In this document: one piece after another, positions 1-10,004 of the stretch | Layout of the letters: each line of letters opens with the position of its first letter | Position numbering within the stretch: the first letter of the stretch is position 1 | Assembly (NCBI GenBank): GCA_016215655.1 | Contig: JACRIT010000004.1 | Span: 13,492 to 77,491, forward strand | Reading direction: 5' to 3' | Length of the DNA: 64,000 nt | Origin: Acidimicrobiia bacterium | Lineage (GTDB): Bacteria > Actinomycetota > Acidimicrobiia > Spongiisociales > UBA11373 | Translations under genes and position numbers: made by a program | Notes under the pieces: model-generated | Seen by the model: the letters and a program-made list of their open reading frames with translations, nothing else | What the model was told of the DNA's origin: nothing | The model's database searches: none

Positions 1-87
1 CGATGGGTCTCTCGCTGGTGTTCAAGGAGTGGGATCTGGGAGCGGAGCTCGAAACGTGCGGGTGAGGGGCAAGGGGGAAGGGGCTAG

Positions 88-160
88 GGCGGACCGCAAT
101 TCGCAATTCGCAATTCGTCAGGAAGAGCGAAGGACGAAGAGCGAAGGCGAAGGGGTCGCG
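88..160. repeat. heptamer element 'A' (about 3 CGCAATT units, then about 4 GAAGRVC units)
   Basis: cgcaattcgcaattcgcaattcgtcag gaagagcgaaggacgaagagcgaaggcgaagg downstream of the DinB-like gene. Confidence 0.6.
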
Positions 161-216
161 TCGGGTTCCGGCACCCGGTGCTCGGCACCCCTGGCCTCTG
201 GCACCTGGTGCCTGGT

Positions 217-672
217 TCAGCCCTCCAGGCAGCGCCGAATCTGGTCGGCGTGGTCATGGGGATGGCTGGCGTAGATGCTCAACCAGTCATCCACCGAATA
301 CGGTCCGGACTCCGAGTGGCTGCCGCTGCGGTCCCATTCCTCTGGGGTGAGTCGTTCGAGGAGTTCCAGGCTGGCGGCGCGGACCGCCGCCACCACAGCC
401 AGCGAGGCCGCAATGGGCCGGTCGTAGTGCAGCCGGCGGGCGAACTCCGCCTCGTCGTAGCCGACGATGACGGCGTCGTCTTCGGCAATGAGGCGCCGCA
501 ATCGGATGTACGCCGTGGCCTCGCTGTCGGCGAGGTGGTGCACCACCATGCGCGCCGACCAGTCGTCGCTGGCGGGGCGCCGGTCGAGATCGGCCTCGGT
601 GGCTCCGGTGAGCGCATCGGCGACGGCTTCGTATCCGGTGCGGTAGCGCTCGAGAAGGGCGATGCGGTTCAT
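217..672 (-). CDS. DinB/YfiT-like (DinB_2 superfamily) putative metal-dependent hydrolase
   Basis: 151-aa ORF with a DinB-family four-helix-bundle signature and conserved His residues. Its start overlaps the stop of the upstream ceramidase-like gene (ATGA). Confidence 0.55.
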   Translation of the reverse strand: MNRIALLERYRTGYEAVADALTGATEADLDRRPASDDWSARMVVHHLADSEATAYIRLRRLIAEDDAVIVGYDEAEFARRLHYDRPIAASLAVVAAVRAASLELLERLTPEEWDRSGSHSESGPYSVDDWLSIYASHPHDHADQIRRCLEG

Positions 673-1505
673 GCCGGGATCATCGCAGGCGGGCCTTCAT
701 CCCGCAGGTAGCGGTACAGGCAGCCCACCGAGACTGCGGAGAGGAGATGCCACAGGGCGTGGCCCTGGATCAGGCTCGTGGGCTCACACCACACGCCACC
801 GGTGCGGGACAGGTTCCAGACGATGAAGGCCACGCCGAAGGCGCCGAGCCCTGCCCAGAACCACGGCATGCGCCGCGCATCGATGCGCACCGGAGCCCAG
901 GGGCGCAGTGCCGGCAGGCTCACCGCAGCCTCCACGATGAGGGTGACGGCGACGAACCCGGCGAAGAGGGTCTTGCCGTGCTCTGGCGGGAGGAGGAAGA
1001 CCGCCACCGAAAAGCCGGTGAACAAGGCGGCGAACCATCCCGTGAACCACGGCCAGGCCCTGGCATGGATGCGGGCGAGGTCGTAGGCGAGGATGAATGC
1101 CAGGAAGGCGTGCATCGAGACGACATCGAGGTACCCGCCCCAGGCGCGCATCGAGCCATGGAAGGCGAACGACCCCAGCCCGAGGAACACCCCGATGGCC
1201 CCGTACAGCACGGCATACCGGTCGTCGCCGGCGAGATGGGACGTACCCCGGCGCCTGCGCCCGGCGTCGAGGAGGACCATGAGACCGATCAGGGCGAAAC
1301 CGAGGTTCGACCACGAGTTGGCCGGCTGGGCGGCGATGCCCGGACCGATCGCCTCGCAGTAGCAGTCGCCGAGGCGGAGGCACTCGTCGGGTCCGCCGGG
1401 ATACCCGTCACGCGAGAGCGCCCACATCGCCGCGAAGAAGGCGGCGATGACCACGATGCCCACGAGGAAGGGGCGGAGTCGGCGCTTCTCTTCGCTTCGG
1501 GGCAT
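669..1505 (-). CDS. ceramidase-like integral membrane hydrolase
   Basis: 278-aa multi-TM protein with conserved His motifs (NSWSNLGF, GHALWH) typical of alkaline ceramidase / CREST family hydrolases. Confidence 0.5.
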   Translation of the reverse strand: MPRSEEKRRLRPFLVGIVVIAAFFAAMWALSRDGYPGGPDECLRLGDCYCEAIGPGIAAQPANSWSNLGFALIGLMVLLDAGRRRRGTSHLAGDDRYAVLYGAIGVFLGLGSFAFHGSMRAWGGYLDVVSMHAFLAFILAYDLARIHARAWPWFTGWFAALFTGFSVAVFLLPPEHGKTLFAGFVAVTLIVEAAVSLPALRPWAPVRIDARRMPWFWAGLGAFGVAFIVWNLSRTGGVWCEPTSLIQGHALWHLLSAVSVGCLYRYLRDEGPPAMIPA

Positions 1506-1569
1506 CGTGACGACGATAGGCGCCAGGCAACAGGTGTCGGGTCTCAGGTGTCAGATGCCCGAAACCGAC

Positions 1570-1630
1570 GCGACCTCTTCGCCCCTCGCTCTTCGCCCTT
1601 CTGACGAATTGCGAATTGCGAATCGCGGTC
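1570..1630. repeat. heptamer element 'B' (inverted copy of A: CTTCGCC-like units, then GAATTGC units)
   Basis: cttcgcccctcgctcttcgcccttctgacgaattgcgaattgcgaatcg is approximately the reverse complement of A. Confidence 0.6.
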
Positions 1631-1641
1631 CGCTCTCGCCC

Positions 1642-2607
1642 CTACTGCTTCGTCCCCAGCGAGCCGTGCGGAATGGTCCCCAGCTTCCCTGCCTGGAAGT
1701 CCTCGAATGCCTGCACCAGCTCCGCACGGGTGTTCATCACGAACGGTCCATACCAGGCAACCGGTTCGCGGATGGGCCGGCCCCCGAGGAGCAGCACGTC
1801 CACCTGGGGGCTGCGCGACTCCTGCCGCGCCGCCGCCGTGATCGTGATCGCACCGCTGCCGCCGAAGACGGCGAGCTGGCCGTCGCGGATCGGCCGCATC
1901 TCCGGGCCGACCGTGGCCTGGCCATTCAGCACGTAGGCGAGGGCGTTGAACTCGTCGGACCACGGCAAGCTGAGCTTTGCCCCGGGGCTGATCGTGGCAT
2001 GGATCATCGTGATCGGGGTATGGGTGTCGCCCGGTCCGGCGTGGCCATCGAGGCCTCCGGCGATGAGCCGGATCACGGAACCACCGTCGGCGGTGGTGAG
2101 AAGCGTGACCCCGGTGGCGCGAATGTCCTGGTACCGAGGTGCCAGGAACTTGTCGCGAGCCGGCAGGTTCACCCACAGCTGGAAGCCGTGGAAGAGGCCG
2201 CCGGACATCACGAGGTGCTCGGGGGGCTTCTCGATGTGGAGGATGCCGGAGCCGGCGGTCATCCACTGGGTGTCGCCGTTGGTGATGACGCCCCCGCCCC
2301 CATGGGAATCCTGATGTTCGAAGATCCCATCGATCATGTAGGTGACGGTCTCGAACCCCCGATGCGGGTGCCACGGGGTCCCCTTGGGCTCGCCGGGGGC
2401 ATACTCGACCTCGCCCATCTGATCGAGGTGGATGAAGGGATCGAGCAGTGCCAGGTCGACGCCGGCAAAGGCCCGCTTCACCGGGAATCCCTCGCCTTCG
2501 AAGCCCGACGGCGCGGTGGTCACCGACACCACGGAGCGTTCGCCGCGGTCACTCGGGGTGGCGATGCGAGGGAGCGTCAGCACGTTATTTGGGGTAATGG
2601 CGGGCAT
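1642..2607 (-). CDS. pirin family protein (bicupin)
   Basis: 321 aa with pirin N- and C-terminal cupin motifs (HPHRGFETVTY...). Confidence 0.85.
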   Translation of the reverse strand: MPAITPNNVLTLPRIATPSDRGERSVVSVTTAPSGFEGEGFPVKRAFAGVDLALLDPFIHLDQMGEVEYAPGEPKGTPWHPHRGFETVTYMIDGIFEHQDSHGGGGVITNGDTQWMTAGSGILHIEKPPEHLVMSGGLFHGFQLWVNLPARDKFLAPRYQDIRATGVTLLTTADGGSVIRLIAGGLDGHAGPGDTHTPITMIHATISPGAKLSLPWSDEFNALAYVLNGQATVGPEMRPIRDGQLAVFGGSGAITITAAARQESRSPQVDVLLLGGRPIREPVAWYGPFVMNTRAELVQAFEDFQAGKLGTIPHGSLGTKQ

Positions 2608-2804
2608 CGATGCTCCCGGAGAGTCGGCACCGTCTCAACCCGGATGGATCGCGCGCCATTCCCGGGGGACCGTCGGCCTGTGGACAACTCGAGGTCGAAC
2701 CCCACGGTTGTGATTCGCGGGCGCGGATCACGTACAGTCGGGCCGATGGGGACGGGGGCGTCCCCGGCCGAGGACATTTCGACTCACCACCGGAGGGAGA
2801 CGGC

Positions 2805-4025
2805 ATGGGGAGACAGGGTCGATGGCTGAAGCGCTTCGCGCTGCTCGCAGCGGTGTCGCTCGTCGTTGCCGCGTGCGGGGACGATGACGGCGAAGCGCCT
2901 GAGGACTTCAAGTTCGGCATGATCCTCGTTGGTCCGCAGAACGACCAGGGTTGGTCGCAGGCGCACTACGAGGCGGGGTTGTACGTGGTCGAGCAACTGG
3001 GCCTGCCCGCCGACGCGATGATCGTCCTGGACAAGGTGAACACGGCGGATCGCCCGGAGACCTCGATCGAATCGGTCGTGGACGAGATGGTCGCAGGCGG
3101 TGCGCAGATGATCTTCGCCACGTCGGATGACATGAAGGACGGCATCGAAGCTGCGGCAGCGCAGCATCCCGACATCCCGATGATCTGGTCATCGGGTGAC
3201 AGTGCCTGGGCTGACGGCAAGGGCTATCGCGCCGATCTCACCAATCTCGGCAACATCATGGGGCGCATGGAGTACGCCAAGATGATTGCCGGGTGCGCGG
3301 CGGCGCTGACCTCGCAGACCGGGAAGCTCGCCTACCTCGGTCCATTGATCAACGATGAGACCCGCAGGCTGGTGAACTCCGCGTTCCTTGGGGCGCGGTA
3401 CTGCTGGGAGAACTATCGGGAGCAGGATCCGAGCACGCTCGGTTTCGAGGTCAAGTGGATCGGCTTCTGGTTCAACATCCCCGGATTCACCCTCGATCCG
3501 ACCCAGGTGACGAATGAGTTCCTGGCGTCCGGTGCCGATGTGGTCATTTCGGGAATCGACACCACCGAGGCGATCGTGCGGGTCGGCCAGGCGTTTGCCG
3601 CCGATGAGGCCGTGTGGGCCATTCCCTACGACTTCAGAGGCGCGTGCGCAGCCGCTCCTGCTGCCTGCCTTGGGGTTCCGTACTTCAACTGGGGGCCGTC
3701 GTACGTCGATGCGATGCAGTCGGTGATCGACGACGAGTTCGAGGCGACCTGGTTGTGGCTCGGTCCGGACTGGGACGACATCAACAATCCCGACACGAGC
3801 GCGGTCGGCTGGGTGTCCGGTGAAGGACTCTCCGCCGAGGCGTCGGCCAGCCTCGACGACTTCATTGCCGGACTCGGCAGTGGCGACATCGAGCTGTACC
3901 GCGGGCCGTTGAACTGGCAGGACGGTTCCGTCTTCCTCACCGATGGTGAGGAGGCGACCGACTTCCAGATCTGGTACGCCGAGCAGCTGCTCGAGGGCAT
4001 CGTCGGCGCCAGCGCCGCCGAATAG
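2805..4025 (+). CDS. BMP-family ABC transporter substrate-binding lipoprotein (nucleoside/sugar, PnrA/Med-like)
   Basis: ATG at 2805 preceded by GGAGGGAG. Signal peptide with lipobox LVVAAC, then a BMP/PnrA-type periplasmic binding fold. The M at 2610 in the ORF track is likely upstream read-through. Confidence 0.8.
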   Translation: MGRQGRWLKRFALLAAVSLVVAACGDDDGEAPEDFKFGMILVGPQNDQGWSQAHYEAGLYVVEQLGLPADAMIVLDKVNTADRPETSIESVVDEMVAGGAQMIFATSDDMKDGIEAAAAQHPDIPMIWSSGDSAWADGKGYRADLTNLGNIMGRMEYAKMIAGCAAALTSQTGKLAYLGPLINDETRRLVNSAFLGARYCWENYREQDPSTLGFEVKWIGFWFNIPGFTLDPTQVTNEFLASGADVVISGIDTTEAIVRVGQAFAADEAVWAIPYDFRGACAAAPAACLGVPYFNWGPSYVDAMQSVIDDEFEATWLWLGPDWDDINNPDTSAVGWVSGEGLSAEASASLDDFIAGLGSGDIELYRGPLNWQDGSVFLTDGEEATDFQIWYAEQLLEGIVGASAAE

Positions 4026-4090
4026 CGAATGGGCGTCGTCCGGGGCCGGTGTCACCGGCCCCGGACGGCCGCCACGTCGCACCGCCGTCG

Positions 4091-5551
4091 ATGAGCCTCG
4101 TACTTCGCAACATCCACAAGCACTACGGGTCGGTGCGCGCCAACGATGGCGTCGACCTCGAGATCGCTCCCGGGGAGTTGCACGGTCTCCTCGGCGAGAA
4201 CGGCGCGGGGAAGTCGACCTTGATGAAGGTCGTCTCGGGCTTCATCGCCGCCGACTCGGGGTCGATCGAATTCGATGGCGCACCCCTTGGCGTCGCCTCG
4301 CCTCGCGTCGCATTGGAGCACGGCATCGGGATGCTCCATCAAGATCCTCTCGTCTTTCGTCCCTTCAGCGTCCTCGACAACTTCCTGCTGGGGAGCGCGG
4401 GCGGTGTGTTGGTCGATCGCAAGGGCGGGCGTTCGTCGCTCGCCGAGATGGCGGCCCGTTATGGGTTCGACTTCGACCCCGATGCCGATGCCCGCAGCCT
4501 CACGGTGGGCGAGCGCCAGCAACTCGAGATCACCCGCCTGCTGTGGCGCGGCGCCAGGGTGCTCATCCTCGACGAGCCGACCACCGGGATCTCGGAGCCG
4601 CAGCGGGTCAAGCTCTTTGCGGTACTGCGCCAGCTCGCCGCCGAGCGCCTGATCGTGATCTTCGTGTCCCACAAACTCGAAGAGGTCGAGGCACTGTGTC
4701 ACCGGGTCACGGTGATGTCCCGGGGCAGGGTGGTGGGGCGGCGCGAGCTCCCCACGCCGCGTCATGACCTGGTTCGACTCATGTTCGGCGACATCACGCT
4801 GGGCGGGGCCCGGCCGGAGGTCACCCTCGGCGATCCGGCGCTGAGCCTGCGCGGTGTGGCCGCTCGCACGCGCGGCGCTCCCCTCCATGCCGATCTCACC
4901 GTGCGTCGTGGCGAGGTGCTCGGGTTGGCGGGTCTCGAAGGCAGCGGTCAGCGCACCTTCCTCCGGCTGTGCGCCGGGCTCGACCCGGTGGGCTCGGGAA
5001 CGATCGTCATCGGCGGTCATGATCTCGCCGGCAAGCCGTACCGCCGGTTCCTCGACGCCGGTGTGCACTACATCCCGGCGGGACGGCTCGAGGAGGGACT
5101 CATCGCCGGTCTCTCGGTGGCCGAGCACTTCGAATTGGTGGGACCCAATCGGTCGTTCATGGTGGATCGCGGCGCCGCCGACACCCTTGCCGCCGAGCGG
5201 ATCGCCGAGTTCTCCATCAAGGGGGAGGCGGCGACGACGGCCGAGGCGCTGTCCGGGGGAAACCAGCAGCGGTTGCTCATGGCCATGGCCCCGGACCATC
5301 CGGTGCTCCTGCTCATGGAACACCCCACCCGGGGCCTGGATCTCGGCTCGGCGCAGTGGGTGTGGGACCGGATGCTGCGGTCGCGCGCCGGCGGCACCGC
5401 GATCGTGTTCGCCTCGTCCGATCTGGAGGAGCTGCAGCGCTACAGCGACCGCATTGCGGTGTTCTACGAGGGCAGGATCATCGCGGTCATCCCGGCGTCG
5501 ACGGCGACCAGCTCATCCCTGGGGCTGCTCATCGGGGGAGTGGTGTCGTGA
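4091..5551 (+). CDS. ABC transporter ATP-binding protein with duplicated ATPase domains
   Basis: Two Walker A motifs (GENGAGKST and a degenerate GLEGSGQRT) and the LSGGNQQR signature; start MSLVLRNIHKHYG. Alternative GTG start at 4049. Confidence 0.8.
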   Translation: MSLVLRNIHKHYGSVRANDGVDLEIAPGELHGLLGENGAGKSTLMKVVSGFIAADSGSIEFDGAPLGVASPRVALEHGIGMLHQDPLVFRPFSVLDNFLLGSAGGVLVDRKGGRSSLAEMAARYGFDFDPDADARSLTVGERQQLEITRLLWRGARVLILDEPTTGISEPQRVKLFAVLRQLAAERLIVIFVSHKLEEVEALCHRVTVMSRGRVVGRRELPTPRHDLVRLMFGDITLGGARPEVTLGDPALSLRGVAARTRGAPLHADLTVRRGEVLGLAGLEGSGQRTFLRLCAGLDPVGSGTIVIGGHDLAGKPYRRFLDAGVHYIPAGRLEEGLIAGLSVAEHFELVGPNRSFMVDRGAADTLAAERIAEFSIKGEAATTAEALSGGNQQRLLMAMAPDHPVLLLMEHPTRGLDLGSAQWVWDRMLRSRAGGTAIVFASSDLEELQRYSDRIAVFYEGRIIAVIPASTATSSSLGLLIGGVVS

Positions 5552-6588
5552 AGCGACTGCGATCCGCACCCCTCGCCCTCGCCGCCGCTCTCGGAGCGAT
5601 CGTCGTGATCCTGTTCGCCGCCGGAGCGCCGCCGCTCGAGGCGATGCGGGTGATCTTCGAGGGTGCATTCGGCACCACCGATCGCCTCGGCGCCACGCTG
5701 ATGGCGTGGACCCCACTGGTGCTCGCCGCCGCCGGACTCCTCATCACCTTCCAGGCCGGCCTGTGGAACATCGGGGTCGAAGGCCAGATCGCCATGGGGG
5801 CGATCGGAGCAGCCTGGATGGCGCGCTCGGTCGAGGGGCCTTCGCTGGTCGTGGTCCCCCTCACCCTGATCGGTGGCGCGGTGTTCGGCGCGGCCTGGGC
5901 GCTCATCCCTGCCTGGTTGCGTACGCGCTTCCGGGTCCACGAGATCTTCTCCGGGGTGGCGCTCTCCTTCGTCGCCGCTGCGATCGCGGTCTATCTCATC
6001 ATCGGACCCTGGTCGCGCACCGGGGTGGCGTCGACGAGCGGCACCGACATCTTCGACCCGCGGGCGTGGCTGCCGACGATCGGTTCGTGGCGGGCGTCAC
6101 CGGTCGGCATCGGCGCGGCGGTGGCGGCGGTGGCCGCGGTTCTGGTGTTGCTGCGCGGCTCTCGGTTTGGCCTTCGCATCCGGGCGGTCGGGCGCAATGC
6201 GGAGAGCGCCCATCTCCTCGGCATCCCCACGCAGCGCTACCTCGTCGCCGCCTTTGCGATGTGCGGGGCCCTGGCGGGAATCGCCGGGACCGTGCAGGCC
6301 ACCGGGTTCCACCACAAGCTGGTGCCGTCGATCTCAGGTGGTTACGGGTTCCTCGGGGTGCTCGTCGTGCTGCTCGCCGGCTTCCGGGCGCTGTGGATCG
6401 CCCCCATCGCGCTCTTCTTTGCGGCCATCCAGGTGGGCAGCACGCAGCTGTCCCTGCGGTTGGGCATCGACTCGTCCCTCGCCGGGGTCATTCAGGGGGC
6501 GCTCGTGCTCGTGGTGCTGATCGTCGGCGGCTTCCAGGTGTACTCGGCGGCGCGCGGCCCGGTCGTCACCGGCGAGGGGGAGGCCTGA
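5548..6588 (+). CDS. ABC transporter permease
   Basis: GTG start overlapping the ATPase stop (GTGA); multi-TM permease following a BMP/ATPase pair. Confidence 0.75.
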   Translation: MKRLRSAPLALAAALGAIVVILFAAGAPPLEAMRVIFEGAFGTTDRLGATLMAWTPLVLAAAGLLITFQAGLWNIGVEGQIAMGAIGAAWMARSVEGPSLVVVPLTLIGGAVFGAAWALIPAWLRTRFRVHEIFSGVALSFVAAAIAVYLIIGPWSRTGVASTSGTDIFDPRAWLPTIGSWRASPVGIGAAVAAVAAVLVLLRGSRFGLRIRAVGRNAESAHLLGIPTQRYLVAAFAMCGALAGIAGTVQATGFHHKLVPSISGGYGFLGVLVVLLAGFRALWIAPIALFFAAIQVGSTQLSLRLGIDSSLAGVIQGALVLVVLIVGGFQVYSAARGPVVTGEGEA

Positions 6589-6589
6589 C

Positions 6590-7528
6590 GTGGAGGTGCT
6601 CGCCGGCGTCGTCGCTGCTTCGGCGCCCCTCATCTACGCCGTCGTCGGCGAGACGATCACCGAGAAGGCGGGGGTGGTGAACCTGTCGCTCGACGGAAGC
6701 ATCATGCTCTCGGCGATGGTGGGGTTTGCCGCTGCGGCGACCTCCGGGAGCGTCATCGTCGGTTTCGTGGCGGCGATCGCGGTGTCGATGACCATTGCCG
6801 GGGTGGTTGCCTTCTCCGGCATCGCGCTCCGTCTCAACCAGATCGCCGTCGGCTTCGTGCTGTTCCTCCTCGCCAAGCAGCTGGCGCTCTTCTTCGGCGA
6901 TCCCTACATAGGGCGGACCGGCCCCCAGGTGGCGGCGTGGGACCTCCCGCTGCTCTCGGACATCCCGGTGGTGGGAGAGGTCTTCTTCTCCCACAACCTG
7001 TCGGTGTACGGCAGTTTCGTCGCGGTCATCGCCACCGGGTTCTTCCTCGCCCGCACCCGTCGCGGACTCGAGGTGCGCGCCGTCGGGGAGCGGCCCGAGG
7101 CGGCGCACGCCCGCGGCATCCCGGTGAATCGGGTGCGGTACGCAGCCACCCTGGTGGGCGGTGCCTTTGTGGGAATGGCGGGGGCGGCGGTCTCCCTCGA
7201 CCAGATCGCCGGGTGGAGGGAGAACCTCACCGTGAACCTCGGTTGGATCGCTCTGGCCTTCGTCATCTTCGGTGGATGGAACCCATGGCGGGTGGCGCTC
7301 GCCTGCCTGCTCTACCGCGGCCTGCTGTTCGTGGCGGGGGAGTTCCAGGTGGAGTTCCCCGAGTTCGTGCAGGTGCTCACCCAGCTCCCCTTCCTGCTGA
7401 TGATCCTGGCCCTGACCGTCCTCAACACCGAGCGGTTCCGCGTCGTTGCCAGGCGGTTCCCGCGCTTGCGACCGTTCCTCGCCGGCGAGGCCCCTACGGC
7501 ACTGGGCACGACGTTTCATCCGGAGTGA
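6590..7528 (+). CDS. ABC transporter permease (second)
   Basis: GTG start immediately after the permease-1 stop; multi-TM protein. Confidence 0.75.
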   Translation: MEVLAGVVAASAPLIYAVVGETITEKAGVVNLSLDGSIMLSAMVGFAAAATSGSVIVGFVAAIAVSMTIAGVVAFSGIALRLNQIAVGFVLFLLAKQLALFFGDPYIGRTGPQVAAWDLPLLSDIPVVGEVFFSHNLSVYGSFVAVIATGFFLARTRRGLEVRAVGERPEAAHARGIPVNRVRYAATLVGGAFVGMAGAAVSLDQIAGWRENLTVNLGWIALAFVIFGGWNPWRVALACLLYRGLLFVAGEFQVEFPEFVQVLTQLPFLLMILALTVLNTERFRVVARRFPRLRPFLAGEAPTALGTTFHPE

Positions 7529-7717
7529 GGAATCGCTCTACCCGCTGCCCGCTGCCAGCTTCCGGCTCAAGACCTCGTTACCCGTTACCCGTTACCCGTT
7601 GCCCGTTGCCCGTTGCCCGTTACCCGTTGCCCGACCCGTGATCGTCCGGTACCCGGCACCCGGCACCCGGCACCCGGCACCATCTGGCATCTGGCATCTG
7701 GCATCTGGCATCTGGTC
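7529..7717. repeat. modular heptamer tandem-repeat element 'C' (arrays of TTRCCCG, CACCCGG, CATCTGG)
   Basis: Three contiguous heptanucleotide arrays (about 4-7 units each) between convergent gene ends. The ORF-track translations through this region (PVTRCPTRDRPVPGTRHPAPGTIWHLASGIWHL) confirm the periodicity. Confidence 0.7.
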
Positions 7718-8758
7718 TCACCGCAGCATGCTCTCCACGGCGTCCACCAGCGCTCTGATCCACGCTCGATCGTCGTCGTCGAGCCGGGCGATGCCCTGCA
7801 TGCCTTCGAGCGCCGCGATCGCTTCGGCGATGAGGTCGGGAGCGGGCACGGCGTCGACGAGGGAGAGGAGGGTGGCGACCGTGGCGGCATCGTCCGAACC
7901 CTCCCGGTCGAATCGCCATGATCGCGGAGGTGCCGTACAGGCCGCATCGATCAGGGCGGTCAGATGGTCGGCGAGCGCCGCCATCCGGGAATGGTCGAGG
8001 AGTTCGGGTCGATCGTGCGGAGAGTGGTACACAGCAGACCGACCACCCGTATAGAAGAGGTGGGGGATCCCTGCGGCGCGAAAGGCGAGGTGGTCGGACA
8101 GGGGAGTCACCACCCAGTCGGCGATGGGCCGGGGCACGATCCCGGCGATGTCGGGCACATGCACCGCCGGCACGAGACCCGGGGCGAGGTCGGCGCCGGC
8201 CACGAAGATCGTGGCCGCCACCTCGGTGGGTGTATCGGCCGTCCCGATGTCGTGGCCGACGAGGTCGAGGCAGATCATGAGCTCCACGTCGGACAGCGGC
8301 ACGGTGGGGTGGTCCACCCACCACTGCGAGCCCATGTCGGGCGAATCGAACCAGGGCGGTTCCTCGGCGTCGAAGGCGCAGACCAGGATGGAACGGCCGC
8401 GGCGGGTTTCTCTGGCCAACCGGCCCGCCACCTCGACGAGCACCGCCACCCCTGCGGCGTTGTCGTCGGCGCCGGGATGGATGGTGCCGGAGATCTCTCC
8501 GAGATGGTCGTAGTGGGCGCCGAACACCACCCAACCGGGGGCCTTGCCGGGGATGGCGCCGAGGACATTGGCGCCGGCCATGGCGGGGAGGAGTTGCAGG
8601 TACCCGTGCTCGCCCCTGGGTTCGAGACCGGAGGCTGTGAAGGCCTCCACGAGCATGGCGCGAGCCGCCGCGCCGCCTGGAGATCCAGCTGCTCGTCCGG
8701 CGAGTGCCGGGGCGCACAGGGCCTCCACGACGCGGCGCATTCGGTCGATGGGGGTCAT
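7718..8758 (-). CDS. M28 family metallopeptidase (aminopeptidase)
   Basis: 346 aa with M28 zinc-binding motifs (HYDH, DDNAAG, EE). Confidence 0.75.
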   Translation of the reverse strand: MTPIDRMRRVVEALCAPALAGRAAGSPGGAAARAMLVEAFTASGLEPRGEHGYLQLLPAMAGANVLGAIPGKAPGWVVFGAHYDHLGEISGTIHPGADDNAAGVAVLVEVAGRLARETRRGRSILVCAFDAEEPPWFDSPDMGSQWWVDHPTVPLSDVELMICLDLVGHDIGTADTPTEVAATIFVAGADLAPGLVPAVHVPDIAGIVPRPIADWVVTPLSDHLAFRAAGIPHLFYTGGRSAVYHSPHDRPELLDHSRMAALADHLTALIDAACTAPPRSWRFDREGSDDAATVATLLSLVDAVPAPDLIAEAIAALEGMQGIARLDDDDRAWIRALVDAVESMLR

Positions 8759-8762
8759 CGAT

Positions 8763-10004
8763 TCAGCCTACGGCCGGATTCGCCCCGGGTTTGTCATGAC
8801 GCCGCGCCGCGACCAGGAACGGGATCGCAATCGCCTGGGTTGCGCCAGCCACCAGATACGAAGCGCCGAACCCCCAGGCATCGGCGGATCGCCCGAGCAG
8901 CGGCTGGGCGACGACGCTCCCGGACGACCCCATGAGCGCCACGAATGACAGGACCGTGGCCCGCTCTCCGGAGGAGATGTGGCTGTTGAGGTAGGCCTGC
9001 CGCACCGGCACCGCGGCGGCGAAGCCGACCGCCCAGATCACGAGCAACGCCACCGCCCATCCGAAGTGCTCGGTGACTCCCATGAGACCGAGGGCGACGG
9101 TGCCGATCACCACGGCGCCGATGAGTACTTCGGTGCGCCGCTCCGTCATCCGCAGAACCGTGGTGGCAAGAAGACCGCCCGCGATCTGGGCGCCGGCGAG
9201 TACCGCCGCCGCCAGCCCGGCGATGCCGAATGCGGTGTCGTCGCCGTACAGCTCGAGCAGGTAGGGCTGCATCGCATAGAAGACATACAGGCTCACCCCG
9301 ACGGTGAAGGGCGTCGCCAGCATCATCCACCGCACCGGGGGATGGCGCCAGCCACCAGCGATCGAGGTCCGCAGTACCCGGCGTATCTCGTCGGCGGTGC
9401 GTTCGCCGCGCTTGGGTGCGAACCCGATGTCGTGCATCGCCACCGCCGCGACGACAAAGGTCAGGGCGAGTACTCCGCTGCGAACCAGGTAGGGGACCGC
9501 CAGATTCGTCACCTGGGCCAGGTATCCCCCGGCCACGGTCCCGGCGAGCATGGCGATGCCGCCGATGGTCTGGCCCCGACCGAACACGGCGGCGAGGTCA
9601 CCGGCGAAACCCGTGGAGGCGAGGGCGTCGACCAGCCACGCCTCGACGGCTCCGGAGAAGAACGTGAACCCGAGTCCGATGGCGGCCGAGGCCACCGCCC
9701 ATCCCCACAGGGGGGCCTCGATCTGCCACATGAGGAGATAGGCCAAGGTGGCGGCGAAGAGCGTTGCCGCACCCAGGAGAAACGAGGCACGACGGCCCCT
9801 GGTGTCGGCGACGACCCCGGTCGGCACCTCGAAGATCACCATTCCGAGAGCGAAGAAGGCGTTGGCGACGAAGGCCTCGGTGGTGGTGAGGCCGGCATCG
9901 AGCAGGAACAGGGTGTTGACCCCCCAGATGAACGACGCCGCCAGCGTGCTCAGCAGGGTCAGCAGGAGATAGGTGCGCTGCACGGCGCGTACGGCAGGGG
10001 GCAC
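8763..10004 (-). CDS. MFS transporter
   Basis: 413 aa with 12 predicted TM segments and MFS-type loops. Confidence 0.8.
   Translation of the reverse strand: MPPAVRAVQRTYLLLTLLSTLAASFIWGVNTLFLLDAGLTTTEAFVANAFFALGMVIFEVPTGVVADTRGRRASFLLGAATLFAATLAYLLMWQIEAPLWGWAVASAAIGLGFTFFSGAVEAWLVDALASTGFAGDLAAVFGRGQTIGGIAMLAGTVAGGYLAQVTNLAVPYLVRSGVLALTFVVAAVAMHDIGFAPKRGERTADEIRRVLRTSIAGGWRHPPVRWMMLATPFTVGVSLYVFYAMQPYLLELYGDDTAFGIAGLAAAVLAGAQIAGGLLATTVLRMTERRTEVLIGAVVIGTVALGLMGVTEHFGWAVALLVIWAVGFAAAVPVRQAYLNSHISSGERATVLSFVALMGSSGSVVAQPLLGRSADAWGFGASYLVAGATQAIAIPFLVAARRHDKPGANPAVG

Noticed and set aside
1447-2829. 460-aa ORF on the + strand overlapping the pirin gene
   Set aside because: Antisense to a well-supported gene, Arg/Gly/Pro-rich low-complexity translation typical of spurious ORFs in 70%-GC DNA; no recognisable domain. 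The same reasoning applies to many other long antisense ORFs in the track (for example 4052-5323 -, 7620-8717 -, 10558-12042 -, 20324-21013 -, 22434-23624 +, 28682-29920 -, 41101-42297 +, 52573-54624 -).
7529-7717. Heptamer arrays as a possible CRISPR array
   Set aside because: Repeat unit is 7 nt with no unique spacers; CRISPR repeats are 24-48 nt with 26-72 nt spacers; no cas genes in the window.
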